A stretch of DNA of 64,000 nt from a bacterium (GCA_023266935.1 JAHFOF010000002.1:4469-68468); one strand, 5' to 3'. Counted from the first letter of the stretch, positions 19,787 to 29,369 are shown. A program made the numbers and translations. Notes: generated from the sequence alone by a model not told the origin.

Positions 19787-20188
19787 TCACTTCCTCCCCC
19801 ATGATTTCCAATGCCCCCTTCCATATCTCGGTGGCATGCCTATGAGTATAAATTTTTCGATTTGTTCAAGAATATCTTTCTTATATTCTCCTGTGATATT
19901 TAAAGTGGCTTTATATTTGTTATTCTCAATTTTCATAGCCAATTTAGAGACAGTCGTTGGACTCACATGCAAACTTTCAGTTATTACGTGTTGAGGGATT
20001 TCCTTAGCCAGTAGAAATATTATAGCGAGCCGTTTAGCGAGCATCACTTTCTCAGTTCTAGTAAATAATTCTCCTGCCATATACTTGAATTTACCTTGCT
20101 TTCCAGCTTTTTCTATTGATTTTATAAATTGATCAAAGAGCTTATTAAAAATTTCTTTGCCCAACTTCTTATTTGACACATGAGTCAT
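19787..20188 (-). CDS. TrpR-like YerC/YecD-family HTH DNA-binding protein
   Basis: The segment TRTEKVMLAKRLAIIFLLAKEIPQHVITESLHVSPTTVSKLAMKIE fits the YerC/TrpR HTH pattern (MLxxRLxxxxLLxxGxxxxxIxxxxxxSxxTISR). Palindromic operators flank the gene. Confidence 0.55.
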   Translation of the reverse strand: MTHVSNKKLGKEIFNKLFDQFIKSIEKAGKQGKFKYMAGELFTRTEKVMLAKRLAIIFLLAKEIPQHVITESLHVSPTTVSKLAMKIENNKYKATLNITGEYKKDILEQIEKFILIGMPPRYGRGHWKSWGRK

Positions 20189-20199
20189 AATGTCAATAT

Positions 20200-20219
20200 T
20201 ACTACATTATAATGTAGTG
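20200..20219. promoter_or_regulatory. Second copy of the palindromic operator (TACTACATTATAATGTAGTG), 12 nt upstream of the regulator start codon and inside the divergent intergenic region
   Basis: An 18-bp perfect inverted repeat ACTACATTATAATGTAGT with TATAAT at the dyad. It lies between divergent genes 19787..20188 (minus) and 20311..20544 (plus). Confidence 0.6.
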
Positions 20220-20310
20220 ACAACAAATGTATAAGATGCAAAAAACTTGATTTCGTATTAGTACAAGAGTAGGGTGTTTCTAGACAAAATACTCAAACTA
20301 TGAGGTTCCG

Positions 20311-20544
20311 ATGCCGAAGTATCGAATAGAGTATTCAAACCATCCTTCGTTTACATATGACTTGAAAGGTGACACAGAGGCATATGATCTTTTTTCTGAA
20401 ATATACCACGATTATCTTATCTGCTTGCCAGGAGTTGGTAAGCCTAAGTGTCTAGTAAAAATCTTTGACGGTACAGAAATTGAAATATACAGCAGAATAT
20501 TTGGATATGTTCACAATATCCTGGATACAACTCTACCTGACTAG
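20311..20544 (+). CDS. Hypothetical 77-aa protein, divergently transcribed from the YerC-like regulator
   Basis: GAGGT SD 6 nt upstream of the ATG. No recognisable domains. Confidence 0.45.
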   Translation: MPKYRIEYSNHPSFTYDLKGDTEAYDLFSEIYHDYLICLPGVGKPKCLVKIFDGTEIEIYSRIFGYVHNILDTTLPD

Positions 20545-20553
20545 TAGAGTTTT

Positions 20554-22773
20554 TTATTTAGCCACCTCGACTGCTTGGGTGAATTCGATAGAGAGAAGTT
20601 TGGAGATGCCGGTTGAACCCATAGTCACACCGTATATTATTCCCGCTCGACTCATGGTTTCTCTGTTGTGTGTGATTAAAATTAGTTGAGAATGTTTTGA
20701 AAGTTTTTCTACCAAATCTCCATAAATCCTCGAATTGGCTTCGTCGAGCGCAGCATCTGTCTCATCAAGAATAATAAAAGGGGGAGGATTCACCGCAGAA
20801 ATAGCAAACAATAACGCAATAGATGTTAAGGCTCTCTCTCCACCAGAAAGCATCATCAAACCCTTTATCTTCTTCCTCGGCAAATTCACGGCGATGTCTA
20901 ACCCTTCTTCAACAATCTCCTCATCATCTAAGGCATCTTCAACCATCTCTGTCTCCCCTTCTTCGAGCATTACTTCGGCCTTGCGTTTTTTATCTTTAGT
21001 CAAAATGAGTCTTGCATCTCCCCCGCCGAACATTGAACTAAACAGTTCACCAAACTCTTTATTAATTTTAGTAATACCAGAAGAAAATTCTACAGCCAAT
21101 CTTTCTTCCAAATCTTTCACTAATGTTTTTAAAGATTCGGCAGATTTATCCAAATCCAAAAGTTCTCGAGCGAGGAACTGGTCACGCTCGCTCACATCTT
21201 TGTACTCCTTCATCACTTCTCCTGACCCCACTACACCCGAATCTTCCAGACGAATCTTTAGTTTCCCTATCTCACGTTTCTTCTCTTCTTGAACATTTCT
21301 ATTTTCTTCTAAAATATTAATCGCGGTTTTAAAATCTTTAAAATGTAAGGCGTCTGCCCCTACAAGTGCTCCAACCTCAGTCATTTCCCGCTTAAATTCT
21401 TCATCTTCTTTCTTGAGTATCTCTTCTTTGGATTTAATCAGATTCAGTTTTGAAATGAGTTCATTTTCTTCGGACATAATTCTGAATACGGCTTTCTCTG
21501 CATCTCGACTCGAATCTTTTTCCATCTCAATCCCCTTCTTTAATTCTTCGTATCGCACACGAAGGGCCTGCTCCTTTGCTCCAGCTGTCTCAATTTCTTT
21601 TTCTATATTTTCCTTTTCTTTAATTAATTCTCTAACAGATTTTTCAGCATCAAGAAGAACAGAAGAATCCGCAGAATACTTTTGATTTTTAATAAACTCT
21701 TTTATCTTATTAAAAACATCCACCAATGTTCCGAGGAGTGACACTTCTGAATATAAATCTTCTATATCCTTTAACCGAACAAGCTTATGTTCGTCTGAAG
21801 TAGCTAACTCTTTTTGCTTTCTAATAATTCTCTCTTCTGCGTCAATCGAACCTTCGACCTTGCCCAGATTTCTAACCAAAGCATCTTTATGAACTCTCAC
21901 CCCACTCATCTCTGACTCAAGGTTCAAAACCAAATAATCTTTCTTTTCTTCTTTGGCCACATCTTCAAGAATTTTCCTTGCATCAGCTAATTCTTTTGAA
22001 AGTTTCTGGAGTTGTTCATCGATTGGTTTTTTCTCCTCACCTGACATCTTCTTCGATAAACTAATATACTGGTCTTCATGATAAAAATAATCTTTAGCCA
22101 ACTCTATAAGACTCGTTTTCATGCTTTCCATCTTCTCTAGTTTCTCAACTTGTTTATGAAGAAACTTTAAATGAGGAGCAATTTCTTTTCTCAACAACTC
22201 TACTTGAGCAATGTTCTCAAAAGTTTTTTTTAATTTACGCTCACTTTCTAATCTTTTGTATTGATACAGACGAAGTCCGAGGGCATCTTCTATCATCGCT
22301 TTGCGTTCCTTTGTAGAAGCATTGAGTATCTTATCTGCTTCTCCTTGGGAAATAATGTGGTGCCCCGATGCACCGATGTGTGCTTGGAGAAGAAGCTCGA
22401 CCACATCTTTCAAGCGAACAGTAGAACCATTTATAGAATAATCATTTACCCCGTCTCGATGCACCACACGTTCGATAACTACTTCAGGAAAGTCTACAGC
22501 GAAGGTTTTGTCTTTATTATCAAACGTCACCTTAACTGATGCCCTGTTTGCCCTAGATTCTCCTCCGGCTCCATTAAAGATGAGGTCTTCTCCTTTCTTG
22601 CCTCGCAGAGATTTGATTGATTGCTCACCCAAAACAAATCTAAAGGCTTCAGCCACATTTGATTTACCAGAACCATTTGGTCCAACTATAGAAGAGATGG
22701 GGGAATTAAATTCGAGAGTACTCAACTTGGCAAACGATTTAAATCCCGAAAGTTCGATTGATTTTAAATACAT
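20554..22773 (-). CDS. smc: SMC-family chromosome segregation ATPase (short form, 739 aa)
   Basis: Walker A GPNGSGKSN at the N-terminus, a long coiled-coil, ABC signature LSGGERALTSIAL, and Walker B/D-loop ILDETDAALD. Confidence 0.75.
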   Translation of the reverse strand: MYLKSIELSGFKSFAKLSTLEFNSPISSIVGPNGSGKSNVAEAFRFVLGEQSIKSLRGKKGEDLIFNGAGGESRANRASVKVTFDNKDKTFAVDFPEVVIERVVHRDGVNDYSINGSTVRLKDVVELLLQAHIGASGHHIISQGEADKILNASTKERKAMIEDALGLRLYQYKRLESERKLKKTFENIAQVELLRKEIAPHLKFLHKQVEKLEKMESMKTSLIELAKDYFYHEDQYISLSKKMSGEEKKPIDEQLQKLSKELADARKILEDVAKEEKKDYLVLNLESEMSGVRVHKDALVRNLGKVEGSIDAEERIIRKQKELATSDEHKLVRLKDIEDLYSEVSLLGTLVDVFNKIKEFIKNQKYSADSSVLLDAEKSVRELIKEKENIEKEIETAGAKEQALRVRYEELKKGIEMEKDSSRDAEKAVFRIMSEENELISKLNLIKSKEEILKKEDEEFKREMTEVGALVGADALHFKDFKTAINILEENRNVQEEKKREIGKLKIRLEDSGVVGSGEVMKEYKDVSERDQFLARELLDLDKSAESLKTLVKDLEERLAVEFSSGITKINKEFGELFSSMFGGGDARLILTKDKKRKAEVMLEEGETEMVEDALDDEEIVEEGLDIAVNLPRKKIKGLMMLSGGERALTSIALLFAISAVNPPPFIILDETDAALDEANSRIYGDLVEKLSKHSQLILITHNRETMSRAGIIYGVTMGSTGISKLLSIEFTQAVEVAK

Positions 22774-22797
22774 ATTACCAAATTATTATAGCAGACC

Positions 22798-23502
22798 TTA
22801 ATCCCAACCCTTATTTTTTAATGCATTCCGAGCCGCTTCTTGTTCTGCGTCTTGTTTAGATTTTCCATCACCTTGTCCGACCAATTCATTTCCTATATAA
22901 ACTCCAATAGTAAATTTTTTATCGTGATCTGGACCAGATTCGTATAAAGTTTTGTATGAAGGGGTGGTGTTCTCGTGCTCTTGCGCTTTTTCTTGAAATA
23001 GACTTTTGGCATCTATCCACGTTCCTTTCTCTATAATTCCTTCAGTTAATGGGGTAATGTGAGCAAGGATAAATTTTTCTGCCGAATCAAATCCTTGGTC
23101 CATATAAATCGCACCGATAAAGGCTTCGAGAGTATTCGCAAGGATATATTGTCTAGCTCGTCCGTTATCTTTTGATTCTCCTTTTGAGAGAAGGAGAAAA
23201 TCATTGGCACCAAGTTTCTGAGCGACCTCTGCGCAAGTATCCGCATTCACCAATGCTGAACGAAGAGAAGTTAATTCTCCTTCGTTCATTTCTGGAAATT
23301 TTTTGTATAAATAATTTGTGATAGCCAGTTCTAAAACTGCATCTCCGAGGAATTCGAGTCGTTCGTTGTGTTCTAAACCAGAAGCACGATTCTCATTTAT
23401 ATATGAACGGTGAATAAACGCCTGTTTCAAAAGCGCCTTATCTTTGAATTCAACCCCCGCTGTTTCTTCAAATTTACTGAAATCCATCGCTTGTATATAC
23501 AC
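22798..23502 (-). CDS. rnc: Ribonuclease III
   Basis: RNase III signature ERLEFLGDAVLEL and a C-terminal dsRBD. Confidence 0.9.
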   Translation of the reverse strand: MYIQAMDFSKFEETAGVEFKDKALLKQAFIHRSYINENRASGLEHNERLEFLGDAVLELAITNYLYKKFPEMNEGELTSLRSALVNADTCAEVAQKLGANDFLLLSKGESKDNGRARQYILANTLEAFIGAIYMDQGFDSAEKFILAHITPLTEGIIEKGTWIDAKSLFQEKAQEHENTTPSYKTLYESGPDHDKKFTIGVYIGNELVGQGDGKSKQDAEQEAARNALKNKGWD

Positions 23503-24417
23503 TTATGAATGCTTTTCTGCAAGGAGAGTAATCGCCTTGGTTACAATGGGCAAAATATCGTCATAAAAATTTAAATCCAAAATATCTGCTAACTTGAACC
23601 ATCGAACATCGTCCAAACCTCCTTTTTCTTCCTTTTTTTCCAGAGTTAAATCGTGGTATTCTGCTTCAGCCAAAAAATAAGTAATTTGTTTTTTAATTTT
23701 ACCTTTTTCTGGATGAAAAGTGGTGTAAGCATTTTCTCCTAACTTTACCCCAACTTTTATTGGTATCCCGATCTCAAGCGGAACTTTTCGCACTAAACAT
23801 GCTTCATTGGTTTCTCCTTCAGCCAATTTTCCTTTGGTTAATGTCCAGTGCCCAAAAACATCATGAACTAAAGCCAAATAAATATTTCCTTCATGATGGG
23901 CAAAGACAACGGCTCCAGCCAACCTTTCGAGTGGAAGCTGGTCGTCTGGGATATTGCCATACTTTTTCTTCGGACGAGGTTGGTCGTCTTTGCCTGGCTC
24001 ACCCATTTCTTTATAAACTGCGCCCAACACGCCGTTCACAAACCTACCAGAAGTGTCCCCACCAAAGCTCTTGGCAAGCTCTATGGCTTCGTTTATGGCC
24101 ACTTTTGGTGGAACTTCTTCCCTATCTGAAAAAAGTAATTCTGCTAAGCCGATACGCAAAATATTTCTATCAACAATCGAAATTTTCTCTAATGGCCAAT
24201 CCGGAGCTGCTTTTTCTATCAATAAATCTATATCTTTTTGTTTATCTACAACCGAATAAAGAAGCGCTTCCATAAACGGCTTATCGTTCGAACCACCAGC
24301 AAATTCTTTAAAATTACGCTCAAATATTTTATCTATCTTATTGTTTCTACTAGTATCAAAATCCCACTCAAAGAGTGTTTGGAGAACCACCGATCGTGAA
24401 AGGTGTCTGTTGGCCAT
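23503..24417 (-). CDS. nusB: NusB-like antitermination factor fused to a C-terminal Nudix hydrolase domain
   Basis: N-terminal NusB motifs (RSVVLQTLFEWDF, NILRIGLAELLF). The C-terminal Nudix box GKLAEGETNEACLVRKVPLEIGI fits Gx5Ex7REVxEExGI. Confidence 0.7.
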   Translation of the reverse strand: MANRHLSRSVVLQTLFEWDFDTSRNNKIDKIFERNFKEFAGGSNDKPFMEALLYSVVDKQKDIDLLIEKAAPDWPLEKISIVDRNILRIGLAELLFSDREEVPPKVAINEAIELAKSFGGDTSGRFVNGVLGAVYKEMGEPGKDDQPRPKKKYGNIPDDQLPLERLAGAVVFAHHEGNIYLALVHDVFGHWTLTKGKLAEGETNEACLVRKVPLEIGIPIKVGVKLGENAYTTFHPEKGKIKKQITYFLAEAEYHDLTLEKKEEKGGLDDVRWFKLADILDLNFYDDILPIVTKAITLLAEKHS

Positions 24418-24642
24418 ATTAAAAAGAACAAAAAACTTTTTATTTTGTTTTGCCGACCTTGCGTCCTCGATACATACCTGTCTTTGGGTCCATTCTGTGT
24501 CGAAGATGCGTGCTGGTACCAGCCTTGGTTAAGCTTGGTTTAGCTAGGCCATGATGAGATCGACGTTGTTTCGTCTGTGATCTCGTATGTCTCATTCGTA
24601 CTACCATAAACCAAGCTTATCAAAGATATTTGTAAATGAAAA

Positions 24643-24677
24643 GCCCCGCTCAGACCAAAGTCTTCGCGGGGCCAACT
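24643..24677 (-). terminator. Intrinsic terminator for the Nudix gene (GCCCCGC..GCGGGGC stem with an inner AGAC/GTCT stem, then T-run on the minus strand)
   Basis: A 7+4 bp hairpin overlaps the last codons of 24650..25150 and is followed on the minus strand by TTTTCATTT. Confidence 0.5.
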
Positions 24678-25150
24678 GCTTCCTCTCCAAACTTCTCGGC
24701 AAAATACTTGTGTACACCGAGAAGAAAGTTGAGATGGAACTTGTTTCTGTCAGTGTTGAAAACCTTCTTCAACGCATCATCGAGCGAAATCCCATACGGC
24801 CGTGACAGAGACGAATTTCCATCGATGAGAGTAGCTGTCCGAAGCGTTCCTCTGCAACCAGAACGAGGGATAACAAACCCCTCCTTCAGATGTCCATTCT
24901 TGTCCCTGCGTGGACGATAGACGGAAATCGGTTTAACTCTGTGTTTAACCGAAAGCCCTGTCTCTTGCTTCAACTCCCGCAGAACAGTATCCACGGTTGT
25001 TTCTCCATCTTCACTTCTACCTCCAGGACATTTGCTTTGTATCTTTTGGTCAAATCCTGGATTTTGGGGGGTGGCATCAATGAAAAGAAGATGAACCACC
25101 CCATTCTCAAGCCACCAAATGGCGACGGTTGAGAAATGGTTCTGGTTCAT
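24650..25150 (-). CDS. Nudix hydrolase
   Basis: Nudix box GGRSEDGETTVDTVLRELKQETGL. Confidence 0.7.
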   Translation of the reverse strand: MNQNHFSTVAIWWLENGVVHLLFIDATPQNPGFDQKIQSKCPGGRSEDGETTVDTVLRELKQETGLSVKHRVKPISVYRPRRDKNGHLKEGFVIPRSGCRGTLRTATLIDGNSSLSRPYGISLDDALKKVFNTDRNKFHLNFLLGVHKYFAEKFGEEAVGPAKTLV

Positions 25151-25226
25151 GCTTTTTCTCCTCTGGGTTGGCCCATATTGGGTATTTCTAATTCTCCTTA
25201 CATACTAGCACAAGATAAGTAAAAAG

Positions 25227-25805
25227 TCAAATGTTCTTCAAAAAGCTTTTCCTATGAACCATACTTGCTCCAAATTTGCGTATCGTCTTCCTATGATCTA
25301 GTGTTCCATAACCTTTGTGTTTATGGAAATTATATTCTGGATATTTTTTGGAAAGTTTAGTCATGTATATGTCTCGAGTAACCTTGGCACAAATTGAAGC
25401 TAGAGAAATAATCGCTACCTTCTCATCCCCTTTTATAATCGTCTTTTGGTTTTTAAAATTCTTCGGAGCTTTTATTCCTCCGTCCAGAAATATTTTCGAG
25501 TCTCGTGGAACTTTTAATTTTATCAAACATTTCTTAATCCCTAGATTTATCGCATAAACGATTCCCTTTTTATCAATAATTTTTTCTGAAATCAAACTCA
25601 CTGCAAACTCAAGTTCCCCTTTTTTCTGCATTTCTTTAGCCAAAGAGAACCAAAATTCTCGTTCTTTGAGTTTGAGCTGTTTTGAATCTTTAATTCCCCT
25701 AAGAAATTTTTTATTGGATGAATCGACTAGTTTAACTGCCCCCACTGACACTGGGCCAGCGAGTGGTCCGCGCCCAGCTTCGTCTATACCGACTATATAT
25801 CTCAT
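25227..25805 (-). CDS. rnhB: Ribonuclease HII
   Basis: IVGIDEAGRGPLAGPV catalytic motif. The start is placed at the internal Met (MRYIVGIDEAG). Confidence 0.85.
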   Translation of the reverse strand: MRYIVGIDEAGRGPLAGPVSVGAVKLVDSSNKKFLRGIKDSKQLKLKEREFWFSLAKEMQKKGELEFAVSLISEKIIDKKGIVYAINLGIKKCLIKLKVPRDSKIFLDGGIKAPKNFKNQKTIIKGDEKVAIISLASICAKVTRDIYMTKLSKKYPEYNFHKHKGYGTLDHRKTIRKFGASMVHRKSFLKNI

Positions 25806-25823
25806 TTGTATTATAATGACCTT

Positions 25824-28800
25824 ATGAATCGATTTGTCCATCTCCACACTCACTCTCACTACTCTCTTTTGGAAGCTCTACCCAAGATTCCAGACTTGGT
25901 AAAAAAAGCCAAAGATTTAGAGATGAAAGCTCTCGCCCTAACTGACTCTGGAAACATGTACGGAGCAATAGAATTTTATAAAGAATGCGTAGATGAAGGA
26001 ATCAAACCGATTATCGGAGTTGATGCTTATGTGGCCAAGAGAACCAGATTTGATAAAGAAGCTCGCATAGACAATACTCGATCCCGCCTTGTTTTGTTAG
26101 CCGAAAATGAGACTGGTTATAAAAACTTGATTAAACTCGTCACCGCTTCTCACCTTGAAGGATTTTATTATAAACCTCGAATCGATAGGGATTTAATAGA
26201 AAAATATCATGAAGGATTGATCTGTATTTATCCATCGTTTGCTAAGGAGCGCAGTGAAGAAATAATCTCTTGGTATAAAAACATCTTTGGTGCAGATAAA
26301 TTTTTTATAGAAATTACTCATCATCCAGAAATTAATGGCCATGAAGAGAGACAAAAAGAACTAATCGAATTAGCCAAAAAAACCCAGACGAAATTGGTCG
26401 CTTCTCACGATGTGTATTATCTAGAACCCGAAGACAAGCCGGCTAGAGATACGATGCTTTCTATCCAAGGCCATATGGGTAAAGAAATTACGAGTAGTTT
26501 TGATGGAAATGAGGAAAACTTTTCGTTCATTAGCTCAGAAATAGCAGAAGAATATTTTAAACCCATACCAGAGGCTTTAGAAAATACAAAAAAAATCGCA
26601 GATATGTGCAACCTCGAACTTAAACTTGGTTCGTGGGTCTTCCCAGAATTCGTAGTAGAAAAAGGCAAAACTTATAACGAAGCTCTAGCTGATTTGGTAG
26701 AACAAGGATATAAAAATAAAAGTGTAGAAAAAACTAAAGAAAATGAAGAAAGGGCGAAATACGAATTAAGAATTATTGGAGAAAAAGGTTATTCACCTTA
26801 CTTTCTCGCGGTGGCTGACCTCTTGAGTCATGCTCGTAAGGTTGGGATACTAACCAACACCAGAGGTTCGGCTGCGGGTTCGTTTGTCTCATATCTTTGT
26901 GGTATCACCACTGTAGATCCGATTAAATACGATTTACCTTTTGAACGTTTTTTAAATCCTGATCGCCCATCCCCACCCGATATAGATATAGACATCGCCG
27001 ATAATCGTCGAGATGAAATGATTGAATATGCCAAGGATAAATACGGAGCTGATCGAGTAGCTCAAATCGGAACATTTGGAACCATGATGGCTCGTGGAGC
27101 AGTCAGAGATGTTGCTCGTGCGATGAATTTCGCTTACATAATCGGAGACAGAATTGCCAAACTGATACCCTTAGGTGCACAGGGATTTCCTATGACTCTT
27201 GACCGAGCCATGAATGAAAATCCTGATTTAAAAAAACTATACGACGAAGATGAAGATACGAGAACCATAATAAACATGGCCAAAAAGATCGAGGGTTGCG
27301 CTCGACACATTTCTGTTCATGCTGCGGGTGTGGTCATCGCTCCGGGACCACTCGTGGATTATTGTCCACTCCAATTTGATACAAAGGGTGACAACAAAAT
27401 TATTACCCAATACGACATGTATTCCATCGAAGAAGCTGGACTTTTAAAATTCGATTTTCTGGGCATAAAAAACCTTTCCATTCTCGCAGATGCAGTTGAA
27501 CGTATCAAAAAAATTGAGAACAAAGAAATTGATATAGAAAGGATTCCACTCGATGATAAAAAAACTTTTGAAATGTTGAGTCGAGGAGAGACCGAAGGAA
27601 CGTTTCAGTTAAATGGACCAGGTATGACCAAAGCACTGATAGAACTCAAACCGAACAAAATCTTTGATATCAATGTGATGGTCGCCCTTTATCGTCCGGG
27701 CCCGATGGACAACATCAATGAATACATCGCTCGCAAACACGGCAAGAAAAAAATCTCTTATCTCCATCCAAGTATGAAAAAATTTTTAGACAAGACTTAT
27801 GGAGTGCTCGTGTATCAAGACGATCTTTTGATGACGGCTATTGAAGTCGCTGGATATACCTGGGGCGAAGTGGATAAATTTCGTAAGGCAGTTGGAAAGA
27901 AAATACCAAAGGAGATGGCCAAACAACATGTCATTTTCGTCGAGGGATGTATGACTCACGGTAAAATGACTAAACAAAAAGCCGAGGAACTTTGGGATTT
28001 ATTTGAACCGTTTCAAGGCTACGGTTTCAACAAAGCGCATGCTGCGAGCTATGGCTTCACGGCATATCAAACGGCTTATCTTAAAGCCAATTTTCCTGCG
28101 ATATATATGTCCGCAGTCCTAACCGCTGATTCAGGGGACGTGGAAAGAATCGGGGTAATGATTAATGAATGTAAAAAAATGGGCATTAGTGTGCTTCCTC
28201 CTTCGGTGAATGAGAGCTTTTCACAATTTACAGTCATCAAAGATGAGGATAATGTAAATCAGCCTTATAAAATCCGTTTTGGATTAGTCACCATAAAAAA
28301 CTTTGGGCAAGGTATTTCTACCTCGATCATCGAAGAACGCAAGAAAAACGGAAAGTTTAAATCCTTGGCTGATTTTCTAGATCGAATAAAAGATAAAAAT
28401 TTAAATAAGAAATCACTTGAAGCCTTGATTCGGAGTGGAGCGATGGATGAGTTTGGTGACCGTGGAGTGTTGGATGCAAACATCGAAGGACTATTGTCTT
28501 ATAATCGTGAACATTTAAATCGTCCAAAAGATCAGGATTCGCTTTTTGGTTCGATGTCTGATACTTCAACCATTCCTACTCTCCGCCTTTCAGACGCCTC
28601 GCCTGCAACTCAAACAGAAAAATTAAAATGGGAAAAAGAATTACTCGGTTTGTATATTTCTGGTCATCCACTTGAGGCCTACAAAGATAGATTGAGTAAT
28701 AATCAAACAAACATAAAAAAACTGGTTGATTTAAAAGAGGGTGACCTCGTAGTCATCGGAGGTATGATCGAAGATATTCGAGATGTTTTGACCAAGAAAA

Positions 28801-28985
28801 ATGAACGTATGGTTTTTATGAAAGTAGAAGACCTGACTGGTTCTATAGACACGGTTATCTTCCCCAGAGTCTTCGATGAATTTAAACAATTCATTGTCTT
28901 AGAAGGATGTATCGCCATAAAGGGCAAAATTTCAAAAAGAAACGGCGAAACCAGTTTGATTGTAGACAAAATAAAAGCTTTGTAA
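25824..28985 (+). CDS. dnaE: DNA polymerase III alpha subunit (PHP-Pol-OB architecture, compact 1054 aa)
   Basis: PHP motif HLHTHSHYSLLEA, polymerase core homology throughout, and a C-terminal OB-fold. The track ORF begins at a TTG at 25806, but the ATG at 25824 (MNRFVHLHTHS) is the likelier start. Confidence 0.9.
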   Translation: MNRFVHLHTHSHYSLLEALPKIPDLVKKAKDLEMKALALTDSGNMYGAIEFYKECVDEGIKPIIGVDAYVAKRTRFDKEARIDNTRSRLVLLAENETGYKNLIKLVTASHLEGFYYKPRIDRDLIEKYHEGLICIYPSFAKERSEEIISWYKNIFGADKFFIEITHHPEINGHEERQKELIELAKKTQTKLVASHDVYYLEPEDKPARDTMLSIQGHMGKEITSSFDGNEENFSFISSEIAEEYFKPIPEALENTKKIADMCNLELKLGSWVFPEFVVEKGKTYNEALADLVEQGYKNKSVEKTKENEERAKYELRIIGEKGYSPYFLAVADLLSHARKVGILTNTRGSAAGSFVSYLCGITTVDPIKYDLPFERFLNPDRPSPPDIDIDIADNRRDEMIEYAKDKYGADRVAQIGTFGTMMARGAVRDVARAMNFAYIIGDRIAKLIPLGAQGFPMTLDRAMNENPDLKKLYDEDEDTRTIINMAKKIEGCARHISVHAAGVVIAPGPLVDYCPLQFDTKGDNKIITQYDMYSIEEAGLLKFDFLGIKNLSILADAVERIKKIENKEIDIERIPLDDKKTFEMLSRGETEGTFQLNGPGMTKALIELKPNKIFDINVMVALYRPGPMDNINEYIARKHGKKKISYLHPSMKKFLDKTYGVLVYQDDLLMTAIEVAGYTWGEVDKFRKAVGKKIPKEMAKQHVIFVEGCMTHGKMTKQKAEELWDLFEPFQGYGFNKAHAASYGFTAYQTAYLKANFPAIYMSAVLTADSGDVERIGVMINECKKMGISVLPPSVNESFSQFTVIKDEDNVNQPYKIRFGLVTIKNFGQGISTSIIEERKKNGKFKSLADFLDRIKDKNLNKKSLEALIRSGAMDEFGDRGVLDANIEGLLSYNREHLNRPKDQDSLFGSMSDTSTIPTLRLSDASPATQTEKLKWEKELLGLYISGHPLEAYKDRLSNNQTNIKKLVDLKEGDLVVIGGMIEDIRDVLTKKNERMVFMKVEDLTGSIDTVIFPRVFDEFKQFIVLEGCIAIKGKISKRNGETSLIVDKIKAL

Positions 28986-28986
28986 T

Positions 28987-29013
28987 AAAAAAGACCCTCA
29001 ATATTTGAAGGTC
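28987..29013. terminator. Bidirectional hairpin between dnaE (plus) and the small membrane protein gene (minus)
   Basis: Stem GACCCTCAA/TTGAAGGTC with a TATT loop. An A-run lies upstream on the plus strand, which reads as a T-run on the minus strand. Confidence 0.45.
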
Positions 29014-29020
29014 CAACAAG

Positions 29021-29245
29021 CTAATCCCAGCCGAGAATTTCGTCACTATTACCTGTCTCGACACCAGCCCAGACAAGTAGCAGGGTAGCAACAAATGTAA
29101 TAGCTGTTGCCACGATAGTACGAGTCATATCATAACCTTCGGCATGTCTTGCGGTGAAAAATGCAATCACCGCCGGGACAGACACAATTCCGAAGGCAAT
29201 CGTAGCTTTCATCAAATTGATTAAGAACTTCCTAGAACCAATCAT
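29021..29245 (-). CDS. Small two-TM membrane protein (74 aa)
   Basis: Strong SD GGGAGG 4 nt upstream of the ATG. Two hydrophobic helices. A terminator lies downstream. Confidence 0.5.
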   Translation of the reverse strand: MIGSRKFLINLMKATIAFGIVSVPAVIAFFTARHAEGYDMTRTIVATAITFVATLLLVWAGVETGNSDEILGWD

Positions 29246-29369
29246 GCTTCCTCCCGTTGGTGATATCTATAAATAAAGTACCCTTATTGAAATTAATGTC
29301 AAGGTCTAACTTCTTTAAAAAGAAAGCTGCCTGAGATAATCCAAGCGGACTTTCCCAGACGGCAAGTAT

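Noticed and set aside
24341-24920. Plus-strand ORFs 24341..24532, 24587..24805 and 24636..24920
   Set aside because: They lie in the structured leader upstream of the nusB-Nudix fusion, or antisense to the Nudix gene and its terminator. They show no SDs and no domain-like sequence.
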